Shown piece after piece: positions 7,145 through 14,422 of a stretch of 14,422 nt of DNA (the stretch's first letter is position 1; each line of letters opens with the position of its first letter). The notes beneath the pieces are model-generated. The model was not told where the DNA came from. It searched no databases and was given only the letters and a program-made list of their open reading frames with translations. A program made the translations under genes and the position numbers. The stretch is from an uncultured Myxococcales bacterium (GTDB taxonomy: Bacteria; Myxococcota; UBA4151): contig CAXGWI010000093.1 of the NCBI GenBank assembly GCA_964013405.1, forward strand, positions 1-14,422. The letters are read 5' to 3'.

Positions 7145-9793
7145 ATGCGTCGAGCGTTTATTGGATGTTTTTCACTCCTTGCCTGTCAGCAGATGGTGGC
7201 CCCTCAGGTGCCATCCGGACCCAGCGGGCCCGGTCTGCCTGGCAGCCTTGTGGCGGTTTGCGGCAACGGTGAATTGGAGGATGGCGAAGCCTGCGATGAC
7301 GGCAATTCGGTGGATGATGACGGCTGTCGCAACGCCTGCAGCGCGGCGATCTGTGGAGATGGGCTGGTTCGTCTCGATCTGGAACCCGGGAGTGAGGGCT
7401 ACGAGGCCTGCGATGACGGGAATGAGATCGATAGCGATGGCTGCACCAATGGTTGCCAGTGGGCTCGCTGCGGCGATGGCATTTTACGGACGGACAGCCC
7501 GGTGGATCCAGCGGCTGCGGAAGCCTGTGACGATGGGAATGACCACGATGATGATGGCTGCCTGAGCGGTTGCGTGGAGGCCCGCTGTGGCGATGGCGTG
7601 CTTCGTCGAGATCTCAGCGAGGGCCTTGAAGGCTATGAAGCCTGCGACGACGGCAACAGCGATGACAGTGATGTGTGTTTGAGCAATTGCCGAGAGGCCC
7701 GCTGCGGTGATGGCATCTTGGGCCCTGGGGAAGGTTGTGACGACGGGAACGCGTCCGATGAGGACGCCTGTGTGGACTGTCGGCCGGCCGGTTGCGGCGA
7801 CGGGATCGTTCAGGAGGGCGTGGAAGCCTGCGACGATGGCAATGAGGAGGATGGGGATGCCTGCTTGAGCAACTGCGCGTTGGCCCGCTGTGGTGACGGT
7901 GCATTACGCAGTGACCTCGAGCTTGGCGCCGAGGGTTTTGAAGCCTGTGATGATGGCGACGGGGACAACGGCGACGCCTGCCTGACGGACTGCAGGGAGG
8001 CCCGCTGTGGCGATGGGCATGTGCGCCGTGGTTTAGCCTTCGGCGCCGAGGGCTACGAAGAATGCGACGATGGGAACCAAGAGGATGGCGACGGTTGTGC
8101 GGCCGGTTGCCTGCGAGAGGAGTGCGGCAATGGCATCGTCGATGCGGGCGAAGCCTGTGACGATGGCAACCGGCGGGAGACGGACGCCTGTCTAAGCAAC
8201 TGTGAAGTGGCCCGTTGTGGCGACGGTCAGCAGCGCTTGGATGTGGAGGCGGGGGCCCAGGGCTTCGAGGCCTGTGATGATGGCAACGATGATGAACGTG
8301 ATGGCTGTCTGCGGGACTGTGTCCTCGCTCGCTGTGGCGATGGTCATCACCGGATCGACGTGGCCCCGGGGGAGCCGGGCTTCGAAGCCTGCGACGATGG
8401 GAACGGCGACGATGGTGATGTCTGCACGACGGCTTGCCGTCTGGCTCGCTGCGGTGATGGACACGTGTGGGTGGGTCATGAACCCTGCGATGATGGCAAT
8501 GACGACGACGGCGATGCCTGCCTCGGCGATTGCAGGGAAGCGTCCTGTGGCGACGGCTTTGTCTTTGAAGGGGTGGAAGCCTGTGATGATGGTAACGCAC
8601 TCGAAACCGACGCCTGCCTGAACGACTGTGTGGAGGCGAGCTGTGGTGATGGTTTTGTTCACGATGGCGAAGAGCGCTGCGATGACGGCAACGGGCTCAA
8701 CAGTGATGACTGCATCGACTGTCAGCCAGCTCGTTGTGGCGACGGGCATGTGTGGCTCGATGAGGAAGCCTGCGATGATGGGAACGCTGTCGAGACGGAC
8801 GAGTGTCTGAGTAACTGTGAGTTAGCGACCTGCGGTGATGGGCAGATCTGGCAAGGGGAGGAGCGCTGTGACGACGGCAATCGTGTCACTGAGGACTGCG
8901 ACTATGGCTTACAATCCTGTGAGGTCTGTAACGAGCGCTGCGATCTGCAGCCCGGAGCCACCGCCTACTGCGGTGATGAGGCCCTGAATGGGGCGGAAGA
9001 TTGTGATGATGGCAATCGAGTCACCGAGGCCTGTGCTTATGGTGACCAAGCCTGCCGGGTGTGTTCGGCCGATTGTGAGTTGGTGGCCGGTGCAACGACC
9101 TACTGTGGCGATGGGCTCGAAAATGGCGAAGAGGCTTGTGATGACGGTGACGATGAGAATGGAAATGCCTGTTTGAACAATTGCGAACGGGCTCGTTGCG
9201 GCGATGGTGCCCATTGGATGGGCGAGGAAGCCTGCGATGATGGCAACAACAGCAACGAAGATGGTTGCCTCAACGACTGCAGCGCGCCCCGTTGCGGTGA
9301 TGGCTTTGTCCGCAATGGTCATGAAGCCTGCGACGATGGCAACGACTCCAACACCGATGGCTGCACCAATGGCTGCGCCGTGGCCCGCTGCGGTGATGGC
9401 TTCGTTCAGGCCGGGGTCGAGACCTGCGACGACGGGAATGGGAACGATAATGACAACTGCTCGAACGACTGCCGCTCCGGGCCCGTTCGCACCAAGGACT
9501 GCGGCGGCCCCGGCGCGATGGGGCCCGGAACCACCCTCAACTGTGACCTGGGTGCCATGCGTTCCGTGCGCCGTTTGACCATCTCGGTGGGCTGCAACGA
9601 TGGTGAAACCGGGAACTACACCCTCACCTTTGTGGAAGATGGGAATTCAAGCATGGGGATCAACGCCCGTTGCGGTGCCAACATCAGCATTAACCCCAAC
9701 CGGCGCACTCGAAACTTACGGCTGCGGATGAACTCGGGTGGTGGCGGTGATAACTGGATCTCCTTCCAGTTCTGGCGCATCGAGTACCGCTAG
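7145..9793 (+). CDS. Lipoprotein with 21 Myxococcus-type cysteine-rich repeats (DUF4215-like) and a C-terminal discoidin-like beta domain, 882 aa
   Basis: [14 protein letters not shown] signal/lipobox. Tandem CG[DN]G...E.CDDGN...D.C...C..A. units are followed by a non-repetitive, Arg-rich C-terminal domain of about 100 aa. Confidence 0.88.
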   Translation: MRRAFIGCFSLLACQQMVAPQVPSGPSGPGLPGSLVAVCGNGELEDGEACDDGNSVDDDGCRNACSAAICGDGLVRLDLEPGSEGYEACDDGNEIDSDGCTNGCQWARCGDGILRTDSPVDPAAAEACDDGNDHDDDGCLSGCVEARCGDGVLRRDLSEGLEGYEACDDGNSDDSDVCLSNCREARCGDGILGPGEGCDDGNASDEDACVDCRPAGCGDGIVQEGVEACDDGNEEDGDACLSNCALARCGDGALRSDLELGAEGFEACDDGDGDNGDACLTDCREARCGDGHVRRGLAFGAEGYEECDDGNQEDGDGCAAGCLREECGNGIVDAGEACDDGNRRETDACLSNCEVARCGDGQQRLDVEAGAQGFEACDDGNDDERDGCLRDCVLARCGDGHHRIDVAPGEPGFEACDDGNGDDGDVCTTACRLARCGDGHVWVGHEPCDDGNDDDGDACLGDCREASCGDGFVFEGVEACDDGNALETDACLNDCVEASCGDGFVHDGEERCDDGNGLNSDDCIDCQPARCGDGHVWLDEEACDDGNAVETDECLSNCELATCGDGQIWQGEERCDDGNRVTEDCDYGLQSCEVCNERCDLQPGATAYCGDEALNGAEDCDDGNRVTEACAYGDQACRVCSADCELVAGATTYCGDGLENGEEACDDGDDENGNACLNNCERARCGDGAHWMGEEACDDGNNSNEDGCLNDCSAPRCGDGFVRNGHEACDDGNDSNTDGCTNGCAVARCGDGFVQAGVETCDDGNGNDNDNCSNDCRSGPVRTKDCGGPGAMGPGTTLNCDLGAMRSVRRLTISVGCNDGETGNYTLTFVEDGNSSMGINARCGANISINPNRRTRNLRLRMNSGGGGDNWISFQFWRIEYR
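7259..9472 (+). repeat. Intragenic degenerate tandem array of 21 Cys/Asp-rich repeat units (about 30-46 aa each)
   Basis: Recurrent tg(c/t)gg(c/t)ga(c/t)gg and tg(c/t)ga(c/t)ga(c/t)gg(c/g/t)aa words. Units counted by hand from the translation. Confidence 0.9.
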
Positions 9794-9807
9794 GTTTTGG
9801 GGATCGG

Positions 9808-10725
9808 ATGATGCGTTGGCTGAGTGTGCTGTCACTGACCCTTGCGGTGGCCTGCGGGGAACTGCCCACGGACGCTGTGGGAGCAGATGCTGGATTGCCC
9901 CCGGAATTGGATGAGGACGCAGGGGTGCGCCCACTTCCGGATGCAGGGGCCGACCCCCAAGGGGATCCAGGCTTGGACATCATCCCGACCGAAGCCGAGA
10001 CAGAATACTTAAACCACTGGATCGCTCAGGATCACGGTGAAGCCTTTGTCTCCTCCCTGAAGTGGTTGCCCCATTACATCCATGAGCAAGGGGAGCTGGG
10101 GATCTGCCTCCGTCTGGACTTTCGTTCGGAGTGGGAACTCGACGGTGCGTATCTCGAATCCATTCGCCAGATTATCGAGGAGCGTGTTTGGGAATGGCAA
10201 GTGGGGCTGATCGGAGAACCCCATTGGGTTCACGATGAGGTGACGCCTGTGCGCCTCTTTGGGATCGCCGCCACCGACACGGTCACCTTGACCGATCTGC
10301 CTGCGGACGTCCCTGTTTATCGAAATGAAAACGCAGAATGTCCCACCGATTGTTTTCGCTTCACCTACAAGCACGATGAAGCCCCCACCTATCCCGATTG
10401 TGAACACCCCAGCATGAGCCATTTTGACTTCAACATCTGGTATTCCGACTTCGCTTTTGGTGCGGCCGGGCACGGTGGTGACTGGGGGACACGCCTGGAT
10501 TGGGCCATCTTTCGCCGGGAGCGCTCCAGAGGCCGCTTTCGAGTCACGGATCACGAACTGGGTCATGTGGCGGGACTGCCAGATGTCTACAATTACCCGG
10601 AAAGCCTCAATGGCTTCGCCCGTCCAGATGCGATTATGGCCGAGTTTCCTCGCATGACGAACCTGGACTATTTGATGCTACGTAAGGTCTGGGAATGGGG
10701 GTGGGCTCGTTTTTACGGTCCCTAG
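9808..10725 (+). CDS. Lipoprotein, zinc metallopeptidase (HEXXH, zincin-like), 305 aa
   Basis: MMRWLSVLSLTLAVA-C lipobox and a DAG-rich linker. GHGGDWG, HELGHVAGLPDVY (HExxH at 10552-10566) and a downstream AIM Met-turn-like motif. GGGGA SD, 14 nt gap after the repeat gene. Confidence 0.85.
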   Translation: MMRWLSVLSLTLAVACGELPTDAVGADAGLPPELDEDAGVRPLPDAGADPQGDPGLDIIPTEAETEYLNHWIAQDHGEAFVSSLKWLPHYIHEQGELGICLRLDFRSEWELDGAYLESIRQIIEERVWEWQVGLIGEPHWVHDEVTPVRLFGIAATDTVTLTDLPADVPVYRNENAECPTDCFRFTYKHDEAPTYPDCEHPSMSHFDFNIWYSDFAFGAAGHGGDWGTRLDWAIFRRERSRGRFRVTDHELGHVAGLPDVYNYPESLNGFARPDAIMAEFPRMTNLDYLMLRKVWEWGWARFYGP

Positions 10726-10807
10726 AAGCTGATGCCTCTCGTCCGATGACGCAGTGGGGATTGTGGGGCAAGTAGGGTGCGAAGACGGACAGTGTGGGTT
10801 GGCTTGT

Positions 10808-10833
10808 GCTCGGCATTTGCTGAGCTTTCTCTT
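10808..10833 (+). terminator. Candidate intrinsic terminator for the plus-strand lipoprotein genes
   Basis: Hairpin GCTCGGC-attt-GCTGAGC (7 bp, one G-U pair) followed by TTTCTCTT, in the gap between convergent genes. Confidence 0.45.
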
Positions 10834-12920
10834 CAGCCCGTCTCTCTGGTCGGTGTTTTTCTTCCTTCTCGAAAGCGTCGGCCAAAGGCAAAGGCACACC
10901 ATCCGAGGCCGGCCAAGAAGGTCCCTGCGGCTCCCCATTTTTGCGCTGGTGGATTTCGATAGCTCCAGCGAACCGTGTGTTCTCCTCCGGGCAGAGTCAC
11001 TGCCATAAAGTTAGGTCCCACATGGTGAACAGGCATCTTTTTACCATCGATCTCGACCCGCCAATAGGGAAAGTAATTGACCTTTAACATGAGCCAAGCA
11101 CCGGGCTCGGCGGTGACCTTGGCTGTGTAACTGAGAGGGCTTCGTTTGGTTTCGAGGATCTTTCCTTTCGGCGGACCTGTTAGGTTGCTGCGATCCTCGA
11201 CGATGTTGGGAATTGCGCCCGACTGAACATTTAAAACCAAGACTTTTTGCTCTTTAAACGAGTCGATTATTCGATCACGAATGTGTGGTCGCAAGGCCCT
11301 GAGGTCACCTTCGAGCCGAGTTCCAGGTCGGACCAAGTCGAAGAAACCCCAATCGCCAGCTTGAGGGAGTCGATGAATTCGATACGGACCGATGCCCCGG
11401 GCGAAACGGAAGGGCCGTGGGGGATCGTCGACGCCCCGACTCAAAAAACTACCCACATTGAAAAGGCGAAGAGCCCTTGGATTGAGCCTGATGTGCTCGG
11501 CGAAGTAGGTGCTTACGGTGGCATGGTAGCCGAGGGCGTAAGATTGCAACTGGTCTCGGTCGGCGAGCATGGGCAGATAATCGCGCTCGAAATGGTTGCC
11601 AGTGCCGTAACGACTGCCCACCATAAAGCGATGTTCGCGGTCGCTTGCGAGTTCCCCTGCGACGCGGTGGAGGAGGGTATCCTGGGTTGGTTTCGCTCTG
11701 AAGATGGTGGAGATATGGGCGTATTGATGAATCCAAAATCCCAGAAGCAGCCCGGTCATGCCCAGTTGGAGTGCCATTTGATTCCGAAGGTAGCTGCGGC
11801 AGGCATGGAGGCCCGCATGAAGACCAAAGGCGGCGGCGACCAAGGCAACGGTTTGGAGTGCTGTCAGGTAGCGGAGTGGATTGACATGCTCGTGCATGGG
11901 TAACTTGGCATAGAACTCACCCCAGGTTTCGCGCCCTCCCATGAGCAGCCAACTGACGATGGCAAAAAGGCAGAGGGCATACAGTCCACGGTGACGCCTA
12001 CAACGCCAGACTGCCCAAACCATTCCAAGCAGTGCGAAGACAGAGAGGACCGGCCAACGCCCGGCATCCAGGGCACCTCCACCCATGAATGCTAGCCCTG
12101 TTTGACGTAAGGACCAACCATCATAGGTTTCGTTGAGCCAAGGCAGACCGCCAAGATAGGCGCGGGTCATCAGCAGGGGAACCAACCAAAAGGCGCAAGC
12201 CAAAAAGCTAGTGATTCCATGCAGGGCCAACGTCCGCCACTGTCGAAGTATGGAACGGCTATTAAAGGCAGCCCAGAGCGCACAAACGATGCCCGTCAGG
12301 AGTCCGATGAAGAGGTGGGACATGAGGGTGAGGGCGAAAAGGAGGGATGCCCAAGGCCACCGCAGGTCGCGGCGGATAAAGCAGCGGTGGAAGGCCCCCA
12401 CAGCCAGCGGGAACAGCCATAGCCCACAACTCTGAGTGAAGAGTCCGGTATACGCACTGCTGGTGAGCGTGAGGCCCACATGCCAGTGACTACGGAGGCT
12501 TAAACTTAGCAATCCGAGGATCAAGGCTCGGCCCTGTGGCATGCCCAACCAGCGAGCGCCGAGATACCAAGTCACTGGCAGGCTCGCCCAGACGAGTACG
12601 ACCATGAGTTTAAAGGTGAAGACCGGACTCAGCCATGGTGTAAGCGCCATGAGCAATCCGGTCATGAGGGAGGGCAAGGGCTGGTAGGAAGCAAAGAGAG
12701 GTAGTCCCAGATTGCTATGGGACCAGAAGAAATCCGTCGCTCCTGAACTCAATAGCTTGGAAAGATGGAATCCCAAGGCCAAATGGGCAGAGTGATCATC
12801 GCCGTAGGGTGCCCCGCCGGCGAGAAAGGGCAAGCTCGCCGCTAGAAAAACGAGGCAATTGATACACAGGAGGATCGCAGGTCGGGCCCACCTAGGAAGT
12901 ACCCCCTGTTGATGGCCCAT
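10833..12920 (-). CDS. Polytopic membrane protein, YfhO / PTPS-related family, putative GT-C-fold glycosyltransferase, 695 aa
   Basis: First TM is followed by GDDHSAH (acidic motif in the first external loop), then W...NLGLPLFASYQPL and many hydrophobic segments. The C-terminal soluble domain LMLKVNYFPYWRVEIDGKKMPV...NFMAVTLPGGEHTVRWSY plus a final TM is typical of YfhO-like C-termini. Confidence 0.8.
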   Translation of the reverse strand: MGHQQGVLPRWARPAILLCINCLVFLAASLPFLAGGAPYGDDHSAHLALGFHLSKLLSSGATDFFWSHSNLGLPLFASYQPLPSLMTGLLMALTPWLSPVFTFKLMVVLVWASLPVTWYLGARWLGMPQGRALILGLLSLSLRSHWHVGLTLTSSAYTGLFTQSCGLWLFPLAVGAFHRCFIRRDLRWPWASLLFALTLMSHLFIGLLTGIVCALWAAFNSRSILRQWRTLALHGITSFLACAFWLVPLLMTRAYLGGLPWLNETYDGWSLRQTGLAFMGGGALDAGRWPVLSVFALLGMVWAVWRCRRHRGLYALCLFAIVSWLLMGGRETWGEFYAKLPMHEHVNPLRYLTALQTVALVAAAFGLHAGLHACRSYLRNQMALQLGMTGLLLGFWIHQYAHISTIFRAKPTQDTLLHRVAGELASDREHRFMVGSRYGTGNHFERDYLPMLADRDQLQSYALGYHATVSTYFAEHIRLNPRALRLFNVGSFLSRGVDDPPRPFRFARGIGPYRIHRLPQAGDWGFFDLVRPGTRLEGDLRALRPHIRDRIIDSFKEQKVLVLNVQSGAIPNIVEDRSNLTGPPKGKILETKRSPLSYTAKVTAEPGAWLMLKVNYFPYWRVEIDGKKMPVHHVGPNFMAVTLPGGEHTVRWSYRNPPAQKWGAAGTFLAGLGWCAFAFGRRFREGRKTPTRETG

Positions 12921-14254
12921 TAGTCCCGGACTCGAAAGTCAGCGAAAACCTGACAACGCTCGGCCCATTCTTGGGGGGTCCCCCCTTTTAGCCAGTGCTC
13001 TACGGCAGCGTCCGCGGTGGCAACAGCTTGGTCCATGTTGCAGTGGAGGAAGAGCCCCTGACGGCCACAGCAGTAGATGTTTCCAGCCTTTGCCACGTCG
13101 CGCAGCGCCTGACGTTGGCTATGAATCCAACCCCTCGTGTACATGGGATAGACCCTTGGTAGAAAGGTTTGGATGACGTTGAGCGCCTCCACTGTCCGAG
13201 CGGTAATCTTTGCTTCACGCAATTGAGTCATGACCGTCTCAATGCGTCCTGTGAAATCCATTTTCCTTCCCCATTGTCCTTCTGGGATCTCGAGACAGAG
13301 GACACGGTTCTTTGGATGCTCAAATGCGGTGGAGAACCGTGCGGGTTGTGAGACGCGACCGAACCAGAACTTACGCTCTGGTGTATACCATGTATCGGTG
13401 TCGTCGAGGCAATCGGCGGGAACGGTCACGTGGAGTAAATAGAGACCCCGATGATGGAGATTCGCCTCGGGTGCGAGGTCACTGAGGTGCCCCGTGTGGA
13501 AGACGGGGCCTCCATGCGCCAAAGCGGCTTTGCGGCTGCTACCCATCACAATCTCAACGCCGGCTTGCTCGAGTTTCCTCCGAAGGAGTTGGATCAGGGC
13601 TGCCATGCCGAATTTGGGATACAAAAATCGGCCTTCGCTCTTTTTAAGAACGCTTCGGGCCGGATTGGAGGTGGAGACTCGTTGTTTGGCGACGGACTGA
13701 GAGAGTTCTTTGGGGTCGATGCCCCAGACTTTGCGAGCATAAGGTTCGTAAAATTGTTGATAAGCGGCTCGCCCAACTCGCTCGATGACGAAGCGTTCAA
13801 AGCCTTTGTCTTCATTTAAATCCTGGCGATCGGCTTCCCATTTCAGGGTGCGACGAAAGGCAGTCGGCCGGGTGAGCCAGCCAGCGCCCATTTGAAGAAC
13901 TGTTCGAGGCCCTAGCCCCCAAAGAAAACGAAGCGGTTGCAGCGGGTAATCCAGGTGACGCCCCTTTAAGACCAGAGTTCCTGCGCGTTTTCTCCATTGC
14001 CACTGTGCTTCCTCAGTCAGTTCGAGGAGCAAAGGATGAGCTTCGGGGTGAACCCGATGAGACCCTCGATCGAGGGACAGGCCTTCGTGATTGATGGGCG
14101 CTAACAGGCCACCTGCTTGTTGTTCTGCCTCGTGGACGGTCACCGGGATGCCACGGCGAGTGAGCAGGAGGGCTGCGCTCAGGCCGGTGATCCCCGCGCC
14201 GACCACCACGGCCGACGGGTTGTCAGTGGACGGAACCGCCGCCTTAAAGGGCAT
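12920..14254 (-). CDS. FAD-dependent oxidoreductase, protoporphyrinogen-oxidase / UDP-galactopyranose-mutase-like superfamily, 444 aa
   Basis: Rossmann motif VVVGAGITGLSAA...VHE...AGGL, then LDRGSH, FYEPYARKVWG, FLYPKFGM, YPMY and a C-terminal GRQGLFLHCNMDQAV. The TAA overlaps the next ATG (TAATG). Confidence 0.82.
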   Translation of the reverse strand: MPFKAAVPSTDNPSAVVVGAGITGLSAALLLTRRGIPVTVHEAEQQAGGLLAPINHEGLSLDRGSHRVHPEAHPLLLELTEEAQWQWRKRAGTLVLKGRHLDYPLQPLRFLWGLGPRTVLQMGAGWLTRPTAFRRTLKWEADRQDLNEDKGFERFVIERVGRAAYQQFYEPYARKVWGIDPKELSQSVAKQRVSTSNPARSVLKKSEGRFLYPKFGMAALIQLLRRKLEQAGVEIVMGSSRKAALAHGGPVFHTGHLSDLAPEANLHHRGLYLLHVTVPADCLDDTDTWYTPERKFWFGRVSQPARFSTAFEHPKNRVLCLEIPEGQWGRKMDFTGRIETVMTQLREAKITARTVEALNVIQTFLPRVYPMYTRGWIHSQRQALRDVAKAGNIYCCGRQGLFLHCNMDQAVATADAAVEHWLKGGTPQEWAERCQVFADFRVRD

Positions 14255-14422
14255 TAGTCGGTATCGGTACGGGCACCGCCGGTGTCGAGGGCAGGACCGG
14301 CGTCAAGGCCTGCATCGACAAGCTCGCCGGAGCCGCCATCGACACCCATGGTGTCCGAGACCCCGGCATCGGGCCGGTCACCTGAGCCAGAACCCGAGCC
14401 AGAACCCGAGCCAGAACCCGAG
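14254..14422 (-). CDS. C-terminal end of a 5'-truncated protein with a Gly-Ser repeat and DAG-rich low-complexity tail
   Basis: Manual translation: ...SGSGSGSGSGSGSGDRPDAGVSDTMGVDGGSGELVDAGLDAGPALDTGGARTDTD*. The TAA at 14254-14256 overlaps the oxidoreductase ATG (TAATG). The frame is open to the window edge. Confidence 0.7.
   Translation of the reverse strand, partial: SGSGSGSGSGSGSGDRPDAGVSDTMGVDGGSGELVDAGLDAGPALDTGGARTDTD
14384..14422. repeat. Perfect 12-bp tandem repeat (GAGCCAGAACCC) x3.25, running to the window edge
   Basis: Units at 14384-14395, 14396-14407 and 14408-14419, then GAG. Encodes GSGS on the minus strand. Confidence 0.95.

Noticed and set aside
7614..9322. Long antisense ORFs (7614-8600, 8192-8749, 8909-9322), including a His/Arg-rich 328-aa ORF
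   Set aside because: Shadow frames of the GAT/GAC/GGC/TGC-rich repeat gene, with no independent protein features.
7259..9472. Possible CRISPR-like repeat-spacer periodicity
   Set aside because: Repeats are degenerate at third codon positions, stay in frame and encode protein motifs. No cas genes are present.
11247..13819. Plus-strand ORFs 11247-11903 and 13451-13819
   Set aside because: Antisense to well-supported genes, with no recognisable motifs.
12920..14254. Calling the flavoprotein hemY or glf
   Set aside because: Only superfamily-level motifs are visible. The context favours glycan metabolism, but specific orthology cannot be shown without a search.

Overview
GC-rich bacterial DNA, probably from a Myxococcota/deltaproteobacterium-like genome (inferred from the Myxococcus-type Cys-rich repeats and DAG-rich linkers). 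It has three blocks. (1) 1-4506, minus strand: an operon in the order carboxyltransferase, acyl-CoA dehydrogenase, enoyl-CoA hydratase, biotin carboxylase (runs off the left edge). This matches the atuC-atuD-atuE-atuF core of acyclic terpene utilisation, with no atuA/atuB/atuR directly upstream. (2) 4661-10725: four predicted lipoproteins, namely a DUF4832-type putative glycoside hydrolase (minus) divergent from an MBL-fold hydrolase, an 882-aa protein of 21 Cys/Asp-rich repeats capped by a discoidin-like domain, and a HEXXH zinc metallopeptidase. (3) 10833-14422, minus strand and lower GC: a translationally coupled operon of a truncated Gly/Ser-repeat protein with a 12-bp tandem repeat, an FAD-dependent oxidoreductase/UGM-like enzyme and a YfhO/GT-C-like membrane glycosyltransferase. 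I saw no RNA genes, CRISPR arrays or mobile elements. All family calls come from motif recognition, not database searches.
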